Assembly: GCA_963753435.1 (NCBI GenBank)
Contig: CAVWCF010000001.1
Location: 1,280,001-1,344,000 of the forward strand
Reading direction: 5' to 3'
DNA: 64,000 nt
Source of the DNA: an uncultured Actinomycetota bacterium
GTDB lineage: Bacteria > Actinomycetota > Actinomycetes > CAVWCF01
This document shows, one piece after another, positions 9,732 through 18,200 of the stretch (position 1 is its first letter; each line of letters opens with the position of its first letter). Position numbers and translations under genes: made by a program. The notes beneath the pieces are model-generated. The model did not search any database and was not told the origin of the DNA. It saw nothing but the letters and a program-made list of their open reading frames with translations.

Positions 9732-10904
9732 TCAGACGCACGGCCCGCTGGAGACCTCGGCCCCGGTCCGTACCCCGGCCGCCGCGGCTGGTGCGACCTC
9801 CCCTGTCGAAAGCGCGTAGCCGGTCTCAGCGTCGGTCGTGCTCGCGGCGAAGATCACCCCAACCACTCGACCGTCGGCGGCCAGAAGTGGGCCGCCGGAG
9901 TTGCCCGGACGCACCTCCGCGCGCACGGACACCACTTCCCGGGCCACCGACTCCTCGGAGTAGATGTCCTCACCCAGCGCGCGGATCGTTCCGCGCACGC
10001 GCGCGGGCGTCGCGACGAGCGGGCCGTCGCCGGGGAAGCCGGCTACTACCGCGTCCTCGCCACGCTCGACGTCGGGGTCGAACGCCAGGACCGCGGCAGT
10101 CAATCCCGGTACCGCCAGCACGGCGACGTCGCGATCGGGGTCGAACACCACAACTCGCGCGGCCAAACGCGGGCCCACGCCACTGACCTGAACCAGCGGC
10201 TCCGCCACCCCGGCGACCACGTGCGCATTCGTCATGACCCGTTCGGACGCGTAGACGAAGCCACTGCCCTCCAGGCCGCGGTCGCAGGCGATACCAGTCA
10301 CCTTCACCAGGCTGCCGGCCGCGGCCGCAACAACCGGATCGGCGACGGTCACGTCCGGCTCGGGAACGGGGACGATCTGCTCCAGGCCGAACGGGCCGAA
10401 GACCTTCGGGAAGCCGGACGCGTCCACGACGGACTCGAACGAACTCACCAGGTCCTGGGCCGTCGCCGGCAAGGCCCGGTCCACCGCGGCCAGAACCCTG
10501 GATCGCTGCAGCGGTCCGCCAAGGCCGGGCCCGGTCACCTCCACGAGCAAGCTGGCCACCAGCCAGCACGCCAGCAGCAGGCCGGCGACGCTGATGGCGG
10601 ACCCGCCCAGGGAGTCCACCACCCGCGCCGGGCGTGACTCGACGGAGTCGCGCGCGCGACCGGCCAACGCTGAGCCGAGCAACTGCAGGCCGACGGCGGC
10701 GCCGAGAACGATCGCCACGGCCAGCAACGACTGCACCAACCCCGGCTCGCTGCCGCCCAGGATCAGCGGCGCCAGCCAGAGGCCGAGCGCGCCACCGATC
10801 AGGAAACCGACCAATCCGGCCGCACCCACGAGCAACCCCTGGCGGTAGCCCATCAGGCCGGCCAGAACCACCCCGGCGATCAACAGCAGGTCGACGGGAG
10901 TCAT
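9732..10904 (-). CDS. marP: MarP-family membrane serine protease
   Basis: CvpA-like N-terminal TMs, MTNAHVVAG, DPDRDVAVL, RPGNSGGP. Confidence 0.92.
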   Translation of the reverse strand: MTPVDLLLIAGVVLAGLMGYRQGLLVGAAGLVGFLIGGALGLWLAPLILGGSEPGLVQSLLAVAIVLGAAVGLQLLGSALAGRARDSVESRPARVVDSLGGSAISVAGLLLACWLVASLLVEVTGPGLGGPLQRSRVLAAVDRALPATAQDLVSSFESVVDASGFPKVFGPFGLEQIVPVPEPDVTVADPVVAAAAGSLVKVTGIACDRGLEGSGFVYASERVMTNAHVVAGVAEPLVQVSGVGPRLAARVVVFDPDRDVAVLAVPGLTAAVLAFDPDVERGEDAVVAGFPGDGPLVATPARVRGTIRALGEDIYSEESVAREVVSVRAEVRPGNSGGPLLAADGRVVGVIFAASTTDAETGYALSTGEVAPAAAAGVRTGAEVSSGPCV

Positions 10905-11551
10905 CGTTGCTCCGGCAGGGGCACGACACGTTCGATGTCCCAGGGCAGTTCCCAGTTCCCTAGGCGCAACAGGCGGTCCAGCAGGCCGCCGGTGAAACCC
11001 CACACGACCATGTCGCGTACCCCGAACGCCGGCCCCACGTATCCGGACGGGTGCCTGATCCGGAAGCGGTTGTCGGGGTTGGTCAGCTCAGCGATGGAGA
11101 CGCGGTGCACGGCGCGCACCTCGTCGGGATGGCCCGGGCTCACGGTGGTGGGTTCGGGCCACCAGCCAAGAACCGGGGTAACGACGTATCCGCTTACCGG
11201 AACCCAGAGCGCGGGCAGCTCGGCGAAAACCCGGACCCCCGCAGGATCCAGGCCGGTCTCCTCCTGAGCCTCACGAACCGCAGTCGCCACCGGCCCCGCG
11301 TCGTCGGGATCCTGCGCGCCACCCGGGAACGCTGGTTGCCCGCTGTGGATTCCGCCGGAGGTGGCCCGCTGAATCAGTAGTACGTCCGGCCCCTGCGCAC
11401 CGACGCCGAAGAGGATCAGGACCGCCGATGCGCGGCCGGCTCCCGGTGACGGCGGCAGGAACCGCGAGAGGTCCTCGGGGCGCACTGACGCCACCGACTC
11501 CGCCAGGGGCAACAACCAGTCGGGCAGATGCGGCGCCGTCGACGAAGTCAT
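10901..11551 (-). CDS. CoA pyrophosphatase (Nudix)
   Basis: HSGQPAFPGG...TAVREAQEETG, VWGFTG. Confidence 0.9.
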   Translation of the reverse strand: MTSSTAPHLPDWLLPLAESVASVRPEDLSRFLPPSPGAGRASAVLILFGVGAQGPDVLLIQRATSGGIHSGQPAFPGGAQDPDDAGPVATAVREAQEETGLDPAGVRVFAELPALWVPVSGYVVTPVLGWWPEPTTVSPGHPDEVRAVHRVSIAELTNPDNRFRIRHPSGYVGPAFGVRDMVVWGFTGGLLDRLLRLGNWELPWDIERVVPLPEQR

Positions 11552-12279
11552 CAGGCTGCCGGTTTCGTGCCCTTGAGCATTCGCGCGGCCTTGACCGGAT
11601 CCGTCTCGCCCTCCCCGAAGGCCGGACACAACTGGCTGATCGGGCAGGCCCCGCACGCCGGCCGGCGGGCGAAGCAGCAGCGGCGCCCGTGCCAGATGAG
11701 CCGATGCGACAGCTCGGTCCACTCCTTTCGCGGATACAGGGCCATGAGGTCGGCCTCGACCCGATCGGGATCCGTGTGCGCGGTCAGGCCGAACCGCCGC
11801 GACAGCCGGCCCACGTGGGTATCCACGGTGATGCCGGGAACACCGAATGCGTTGCCGAGCACCACGTTCGCCGTCTTGCGACCGACACCGGGCAGCGTGA
11901 CCAGATCGGCCAGCCGGGCCGGCACCTGGCCACCGAATCGATCGCACAGCGCCTGCGACAGGCCGAGGATCGAGTTGGCCTTGGACCGGAAGAAGCCGGT
12001 GGACCGGATCAGTTCTTCCAGCTCGGCGCGGTCGGCTGCAGCGAACTCCGCGGCGGAGTGGTACCGATCGAACAAGGCCGGCGTCACCGCATTGACCCGC
12101 TCATCGGTGCACTGCGCCGACAGGACGGTGGCCACCAAGAGTTGCAGCGGATCCGCGAAGTCCAACTCGCAGTGGGCGTCCGGGTAGGTCTGGGCCAACT
12201 CCCGGCCGATCCGCCGGGCCCGGCGCACCAGCGCCAACCGGGTTTCGCCGGTGGGGGTGCTCGAGTCGGCCGGATTCAC
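11551..12279 (-). CDS. nth: Endonuclease III
   Basis: LSAQCTD, Hh[18 protein letters not shown], 4Fe-4S C-x6-C-x2-C-x5-C. Confidence 0.97.
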   Translation of the reverse strand: MNPADSSTPTGETRLALVRRARRIGRELAQTYPDAHCELDFADPLQLLVATVLSAQCTDERVNAVTPALFDRYHSAAEFAAADRAELEELIRSTGFFRSKANSILGLSQALCDRFGGQVPARLADLVTLPGVGRKTANVVLGNAFGVPGITVDTHVGRLSRRFGLTAHTDPDRVEADLMALYPRKEWTELSHRLIWHGRRCCFARRPACGACPISQLCPAFGEGETDPVKAARMLKGTKPAA

Positions 12280-12389
12280 CCGAGCAGCGTAAGCGGCGCG
12301 CTCAATCGGCCATTCGTTCTGCCCCGTCCGGGTGAGGCGGGCTCAAGGCGGTTCCCCACTTCCCCGACGCTCATCCCAGGAGGGACACA

Positions 12390-12923
12390 ATGCCGACTTC
12401 ACGCCGCCGCGAGCAGCCACAACGCAGCGCCGCCTTCGCCGGGCTGAGCCTGGATGAAGTGCGCACGTACCGCCGTGGACTGATGGACGAGGAGAGCCGC
12501 GTCTCGTATTGGCGCAGGCTCGTGCAGGCAAGGCGACAACTCCTGGAGAGCTTGGCCAATACCGGGGCTGAACCCAACACCGTGGGTCGCCTGGAGGCCT
12601 TGTCCGGCGCTCTGACGGAAACCCGACCGGCGTCGGGGCGGCTGGCATACCTGAACGTCGCGGTCCCCGAAGGCACCCCACCGCTGCCGGACCTGGAGCG
12701 GCTTTGGGCCGCGGACCCAGCACCTGCCAACCCCGCGGCCGCCGCCGCGCTGGCCAAGGACTTAGCCGCCGCTGAGGAGGCCTTGACCGCCTACCGGCAG
12801 ACCGTGCACCAGCGGCTGGATGAGACCACCGGTGAGTTGGTCGCCCGGTACGCGGAGGACCCAACGTCCTGCTTTGCCGCCCTGCCGGATCCCCCCGCGA
12901 CTGCGGTTGCGCTGCACGCCTGA
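12390..12923 (+). CDS. RsiG/AmfC-like coiled-coil protein
   Basis: LSLDEVR.YRR.L..EE.RVSYWRRLVQAR and second helix EEALTAYRQTVHQRLD; GGAGG RBS. Confidence 0.7.
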   Translation: MPTSRRREQPQRSAAFAGLSLDEVRTYRRGLMDEESRVSYWRRLVQARRQLLESLANTGAEPNTVGRLEALSGALTETRPASGRLAYLNVAVPEGTPPLPDLERLWAADPAPANPAAAAALAKDLAAAEEALTAYRQTVHQRLDETTGELVARYAEDPTSCFAALPDPPATAVALHA

Positions 12924-12988
12924 CCGCGTTGCGCCAGCATGGCGCCTGGTCGTGGGAGACTCCGAGCGGCCAATCAGGGAGGCGGGCA

Positions 12989-13663
12989 GTGAGCGACGTG
13001 CTGCGGCGGGCGCCGCTGTTCGCCGGACTCAGCGACGACGAGGCTGCGTCGCTGACCGAGCAACTGCGCGAGGTATCCGTTCGAAAGGGCGAGATCCTGT
13101 TCCGCGGCGGCGATCCGGGCGACCGGCTATTCGTGATCCTCGACGGCAAGGTCAAGTTGGGCATCACCTCATCGGATGGCCGCGAGAACCTGCTCGCGGT
13201 CCTTGGTCCGGGGGAGATGTTCGGTGAATTGTCGCTGTTCGACCCGGGCCCACGCACGGCCACGGCGACAGCGCTGACCAACGCCAAATTGACCTCGCTG
13301 GGGCGCGACCGCCTCAACACCTGGCTGAGCGGGCAGCCCGAACTGGCCAGCGCGTTGCTGCAAGCGCTGGCCCGACGGCTGCGGCGTACCAACGAGCAGA
13401 TGGGCGACCTCGTCTTCTCCGACGTGCCTGGACGGGTGGCCAAGGCGCTGCTGGACCTGGGCGAGAAGTTCGGCACGCCCACGGAGGACGGGCTGCACGT
13501 CGTCCACGACATGACCCAGGAGGAGCTGGCCCAACTCGTCGGCGCCTCTCGGGAGACGGTCAACAAGGCTCTGGCCGACTTCGGAAACCGCGGCTGGATC
13601 CGACTGGAGCCCAGGGCGGTCTACTTGCTGGACCTGCCCCGGTTGACCCGACGCGCCGCCTGA
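12989..13663 (+). CDS. crp: cAMP receptor protein (Crp/Fnr, GlxR/Rv3676-like)
   Basis: FGELSLFDPGPRTATA, HTH TQEELAQLVGASRETVNKALADF; GGAGG RBS. Confidence 0.95.
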   Translation: MSDVLRRAPLFAGLSDDEAASLTEQLREVSVRKGEILFRGGDPGDRLFVILDGKVKLGITSSDGRENLLAVLGPGEMFGELSLFDPGPRTATATALTNAKLTSLGRDRLNTWLSGQPELASALLQALARRLRRTNEQMGDLVFSDVPGRVAKALLDLGEKFGTPTEDGLHVVHDMTQEELAQLVGASRETVNKALADFGNRGWIRLEPRAVYLLDLPRLTRRAA

Positions 13664-13704
13664 GCGGGGCGCCGACGCCCGAAACCTGGCCTAGACGTCC
13701 AGGC

Positions 13705-14470
13705 CTAGACGTCCAGACCCAGGTAGTGCATCTGGGCGGCAACCGATCGACCGGCAGCCGGCCACAGATGCTCCGGCACGTCCAGGTAGCAGACGGACAC
13801 GACCTCTTCGACTGTTCGGGCGCCGGCGGCCACGGCTTGACGCACCTGCTCCAGGCGATCGGCACGGTGCTCGCGGTACATCCGCAGGACGCCGACGGGA
13901 TCGGTGATTACCGGGCCATGCCCCGGTAGTGCGGCCGTCAACTGCGCCGCCGCCGTCAGCTCGTGCAGAAGTTGCAGTGAGTCCAGGTAGTCGCCCAGCG
14001 ACCCCTCCGGATGATCGATCAGCGAGGTGCCGCGTCCCAGCACCGTGTCGCCGGTCAGCACGAGGCGCTCCGAAGCAATCAAGAAGCAGACCGAGTCGCG
14101 GGTGTGGCCTGGGGTGGCGAGAACGTCGATCTGCAGGCCCGCGGCGGAGATCCTGCTCGGCAGCTCGGCCGTTCGCAGCGCCGGGTCAGCCGCCAGCAGC
14201 GGTGCACCCGCCGACCTCGCGAACTCCGCTGCGGACGCGGAGTGGTCCGCGTGCGAGTGCGTGAGCAGGACCGCAGCGACCCGCCTGCCGGCAACAACGT
14301 CGGCCACCTGCGACAGGTGATCGGGCTCCTCCGGGCCGGGGTCGACGACAACCACCTCGGCGGACGCGGGTGTCGCCAGGAGCCAGGTGTTGGTGCCGTC
14401 CAGACGTCAGCGGTCCGGGGTTGTCTGCGGTCACGCAGACCGCCACCGCACCGAAGTCGGTCGGCGTCAT
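13705..14470 (-). pseudogene. MBL-fold metallo-hydrolase (Rv3677c-like) with a +1 frameshift
   Basis: ADNPGPLT|LDGTNTWLL is split by one extra base at ~14404; rest has THSHADH, TPGHT, LTGDTVLGRG, PGHG. Confidence 0.8.
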
Positions 14471-14952
14471 GATCGCGCCTCGGGCAAGCCCGTCGGGGCG
14501 GCGGCGAGTACGTGGGCGGCCTTGGCGTAGCCGCGCAGCGAAACGAGGGTGGCGCTGGTGGGTCGCATCAGCGGCAGCCCGAATGCATCGGCAGGGCGCA
14601 CCCAGAACAAATCGACCGCCTCACTCGTACGGTTGCCGGCTTCCTGATCCGGTGGGGCCGCGGCAACGAAAAATCTCGCGTCGTAGCGCAACGGCCGCCC
14701 GTGCGGGGTGACCCATCGGGACCAGGGCCGCAGTTCCGCACGGCTCAGCCGCACCCCGACCTCCTCGAAGACCTCGCGGATGGCCGTGTCCACGAGGTCG
14801 GCGTCGGAGTCCTGAACGGCCCCACCTGGAAACACGGCCATTCCGGGAGCGAACGCCATGGTGTCGGCTCGCCGTTGCATCAGCACGACCAAGCCCGCCT
14901 CCGTGTCGCGCAAGAGGACGACGGTGGCCGCGTCGCGAGGGGTGCCGCTCAG
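14467..14952 (-). CDS. Nudix hydrolase
   Basis: PRDAATVVLLRD, FPGG, AIREVFEEVG, WSRWVTP, RYDARFF; probable CTG start overlapping ridA stop. Confidence 0.85.
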   Translation of the reverse strand: MSGTPRDAATVVLLRDTEAGLVVLMQRRADTMAFAPGMAVFPGGAVQDSDADLVDTAIREVFEEVGVRLSRAELRPWSRWVTPHGRPLRYDARFFVAAAPPDQEAGNRTSEAVDLFWVRPADAFGLPLMRPTSATLVSLRGYAKAAHVLAAAPTGLPEARS

Positions 14953-15413
14953 CCGCCCACCTCGACGATCAACTCCACCTCGACCGGTGAACCGAGCGGC
15001 AACTCGGCCACCCCTACCGCGCTGCGGGCGTGCACTCCGGCGGCTTCGAACGCCGCGCCGAGCAACTCGCTCGCACCGTTTGCGACGGCCGGTTGACCGG
15101 TGAAGCCCGGCGCGCTGGCCACGAAGACCACGACCTTGACGACACGGGTCACCGCGGACAAGTCCCCGACCTCCGCGGCCACAGCCGCCAACCCGTTCAG
15201 CGCAGCGATCCGCGCCAATTCCGCGGCCCGCTCGGCGGTGACTTCGGCGCCAACGGCACCGGTGGCCGGCAGCGCGCCATCGACGAAGGGAAGCTGCCCG
15301 GCCGTGAACACCAGCGGACCCGTGCGAACCGCCGGGACATACGCGGCAACGGGTGCGGCAACCGCCGGCAACTCAAGGCCGATGTCGGCAAGTCGCTGCT
15401 CCGGTGTCTTCAC
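14949..15413 (-). CDS. RidA/YjgF family protein
   Basis: AAYVPAV, QPAVANGASELL, HARSAVGVAELP. Confidence 0.92.
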   Translation of the reverse strand: MKTPEQRLADIGLELPAVAAPVAAYVPAVRTGPLVFTAGQLPFVDGALPATGAVGAEVTAERAAELARIAALNGLAAVAAEVGDLSAVTRVVKVVVFVASAPGFTGQPAVANGASELLGAAFEAAGVHARSAVGVAELPLGSPVEVELIVEVGG

Positions 15414-15565
15414 GATCGTTCCCGCTTCAGATAGGCGACCAGCTGGTCCGAACTCGGACCGGGGACAACCTGAACCAACTCCCAGCCGTCCTGGCCCCAG
15501 GTGTCCAGGATCTCCTTGGTGGCGTGGATCAGCAGCGGCACCGTTACGTACTCCCATTGCGTCAT
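15410..15565 (-). CDS. DUF4177 small protein
   Basis: MTQWEYVTVPLLIHATKEILDTWGQDGWELVQV, conserved at this locus. Confidence 0.88.
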   Translation of the reverse strand: MTQWEYVTVPLLIHATKEILDTWGQDGWELVQVVPGPSSDQLVAYLKRERS

Positions 15566-15618
15566 GGCCGTGAGGCTAGCCCCAGGACTCAAGCGGCGGT
15601 TCGCTCTACGCTCGAACC

Positions 15619-16608
15619 GTGGATCGGTCCCTCGCACACGTACGTCTGCACGTCGTGACCGGCAAAGGCGGCACCGGCAAGACGAGCGTGGCGGCGGCCT
15701 TGGCGCTTGCCTTGGCCGCCGATGGGCGCACGACCCTGCTGTGCGAGGTCGAAGGCCGACAGGGCATCGCCCAGGTGTTCGACACTGCACCGCTGCCCCA
15801 CAGCGAGACCCAGATCGCATCGGCTCCCGGCGGGGGGCGGGTCTTCGCGGTGGCGGTGGATCCGAAGGAAGCCCTGCGCGACTACCTGCAGTTGTTCTAT
15901 CGGTTGGGCCCGGCCATGGGCATGCTGGACCGCGTCGGTGCCGTGGACTTCGTCACCACGATCGCGCCGGGGCTTCGGGATGTGCTGTTGACCGGGAAGG
16001 TGTACGAGGCGACCGGGGCCCGACGCAAGGGACGGCAGCGCTACGACGCCGTCGTGGTGGACGCGGTACCCACCGGCCGGGTGGGCCACTTCCTGAATGT
16101 GAACGCGGAGGTATCCGGGCTGGCCCGGGTCGGACCAGTGCACAAGCAAGCGGAATCGATCATGCGGCTGCTCAAGTCCGATACGACCGCCGTGCACATG
16201 GTCACGCTGTTGGAGGAGATGCCCGTTCAGGAGTCCATCGACGCCATCGCCGAACTTCGGGGGTTGGGACTGCACATGGGCGCCGTCGCGGTGAATCGGG
16301 TGCGCAGTTCCCCGCTCAGCAAGGCCGATCTGCGCGCAGCCGCCAACGGCACGATGGACGCCGACCGGATCAGCCAAGGGCTAACCGACGCGCGCCTGGA
16401 TCACCGATCGCATCCGGTGGGGCCGACGGCCGCTGCGCTGATCGAGGAAGCCGCGGAACTGGCTGAACGCATCGAGCTGCAGCGGGCCCAGCGCAAACGC
16501 CTGGAGGGGACCGGGCAGCCGCTGATCGACCTGCCCGAGGTGCGCTCCCCCGGAACTCTCGCCGCGGTGCACGAACTCGCCGAGACGATCCGCGAGGGCC
16601 TGCGATGA
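15619..16608 (+). CDS. ArsA/GET3-like ATPase (Rv3679-like)
   Basis: VTGKGGTGKT, IAPGLRDVLLTGK, LLEEMPVQE. Confidence 0.9.
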   Translation: MDRSLAHVRLHVVTGKGGTGKTSVAAALALALAADGRTTLLCEVEGRQGIAQVFDTAPLPHSETQIASAPGGGRVFAVAVDPKEALRDYLQLFYRLGPAMGMLDRVGAVDFVTTIAPGLRDVLLTGKVYEATGARRKGRQRYDAVVVDAVPTGRVGHFLNVNAEVSGLARVGPVHKQAESIMRLLKSDTTAVHMVTLLEEMPVQESIDAIAELRGLGLHMGAVAVNRVRSSPLSKADLRAAANGTMDADRISQGLTDARLDHRSHPVGPTAAALIEEAAELAERIELQRAQRKRLEGTGQPLIDLPEVRSPGTLAAVHELAETIREGLR

Positions 16609-17738
16609 ACGCGCGAATAGACGTCGACGAACTACTGGCGGACCCGCACACGCACACCATCGTTTGCTGCGGTAGCGGCGGGGTCGGCAAGACGACGACG
16701 GCCGCCGCCCTCGGCCTGCGGGCGGCCGAGAACGGTCGGAACGTGTGCGTTCTGACCATCGACCCGGCCCGGCGCCTTGCGCAGGCGATGGGCCTCGATG
16801 GCTTGGACAACACGCCAAGAAGCGTCGGCGGGACGTCGGGCGGCGGTCGCCTCGACGCGATGATGCTGGACATGAAGCGCACCTTCGACGAGATCGTCGA
16901 GGCGCATGCCGACCCGGTGCGGGCCAAACAGATCCTGGAGAACCCCTTCTACCAAGCCCTGTCCACCAGCTTCGCCGGTACGCAGGAGTACATGGCCATG
17001 GAGAAGCTGAATCAGCTTCGCCACGAAGCGATCGCTGAAGGGACCTGGGACCTGATCGTGGTGGACACCCCGCCGAGCCGATCGGCGTTGGACTTCCTCG
17101 ACGCCCCGAAACGGCTCGGGACGTTTCTGGACAGCCGCTTCCTGCGCTTGCTGCTGGCGCCGGCGCGCGGGTCCGGACGAGGAGCCTTGCGAGCGTTCTC
17201 GGCCAGCTTGGGTGCGGTCACCGGAGTGCTGCACCGCATCCTTGGCGCCCAGTTGCTCGCGGACTTGCGGACCTTCGTTTCCGCGCTGGATGCGATGTTC
17301 GGCGGTTTCCGCGAACGCGCGGAGGAGACCTACTCGGCGCTGCAAGCCCCGGGTACCGCGTTCCTCGTCGTCGCGGCCCCCGAACCGGACGCACTGCGGG
17401 AGGCCTCGTACTTCGTTGATCGGCTGGCGACCGAGCAGATGCCGCTGGTCGGCCTCGTGCTGAACCGAGTCACCGTGAGCGAGGCTCGGGGGCTGAGCGC
17501 CGAGCGGGCCGGTGGCGCCGCCGCTGGGCTGCGCGAGCAGGGATCGGACGCAACCCTGGCCGGCCTGCTGGAAGTGCACGCGGACCGAATGCGACGCATC
17601 GATCGCGAGAAGACGCTGATTGCGGGGTTCGCCGCGGTGCACCCGTCGGTGCCCCAAGCGGTGTCACCGGCGTTGGCCGGTGACGTTCACGATCTGGACG
17701 GTCTGCGTCAGGTTGGTGAAGCGCTGGCGCGAACCTGA
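16605..17738 (+). CDS. ArsA/GET3-like ATPase (Rv3680-like)
   Basis: CCGSGGVGKTT, TIDPARRLA, GTQEYMAMEKL, VDTPPSR. Confidence 0.92.
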   Translation: MNARIDVDELLADPHTHTIVCCGSGGVGKTTTAAALGLRAAENGRNVCVLTIDPARRLAQAMGLDGLDNTPRSVGGTSGGGRLDAMMLDMKRTFDEIVEAHADPVRAKQILENPFYQALSTSFAGTQEYMAMEKLNQLRHEAIAEGTWDLIVVDTPPSRSALDFLDAPKRLGTFLDSRFLRLLLAPARGSGRGALRAFSASLGAVTGVLHRILGAQLLADLRTFVSALDAMFGGFRERAEETYSALQAPGTAFLVVAAPEPDALREASYFVDRLATEQMPLVGLVLNRVTVSEARGLSAERAGGAAAGLREQGSDATLAGLLEVHADRMRRIDREKTLIAGFAAVHPSVPQAVSPALAGDVHDLDGLRQVGEALART

Positions 17739-18067
17739 GCGGTCTCGCGCGGCAGCACGATGGTGTGCGGCGCCCGCTGCCTGGGCACGCTTCGCTCGTA
17801 CTCGTCCTTGGCCGACATGAGCAGTTCGCGCCAATCGTCCACATCGGGGCGGCGGCGCAGCAACGCCCGTCGCTCACGCTCAGTCATGCCGCCCCAGACA
17901 CCGAACTCGATGCGGTTGTCGAGGGCGTCAGCCAGACATTCGGTACGAACCGCGCAAGTCATGCACAGCGACCGGGCTCGGTTCTGCGCCGCACCCTGTA
18001 CGAACAGTGAATCCGGATCGGTCCCCCGACATGCGGCCCGCGCCGTCCATTCCGCCGCCAAATCCAT
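17708..18067 (-). CDS. whiB4: WhiB-family regulator WhiB4/WblA
   Basis: Four Cys, LFVQGAAQ, EFGVWGGMTERERR; divergent from ponA2. Confidence 0.92.
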   Translation of the reverse strand: MDLAAEWTARAACRGTDPDSLFVQGAAQNRARSLCMTCAVRTECLADALDNRIEFGVWGGMTERERRALLRRRPDVDDWRELLMSAKDEYERSVPRQRAPHTIVLPRETAQVRASASPT

Positions 18068-18200
18068 GATCACAACGTAGGGACCGAGTACCTAGCGGTG
18101 TAGGCCCGAAAGTATCAATATCAAATAGTGCTTTCTAACTACTTCTAGTGAACATTCCGCGAACGTGCGCCAGCCCGGAGGCCACGTACCCTTATGGATC

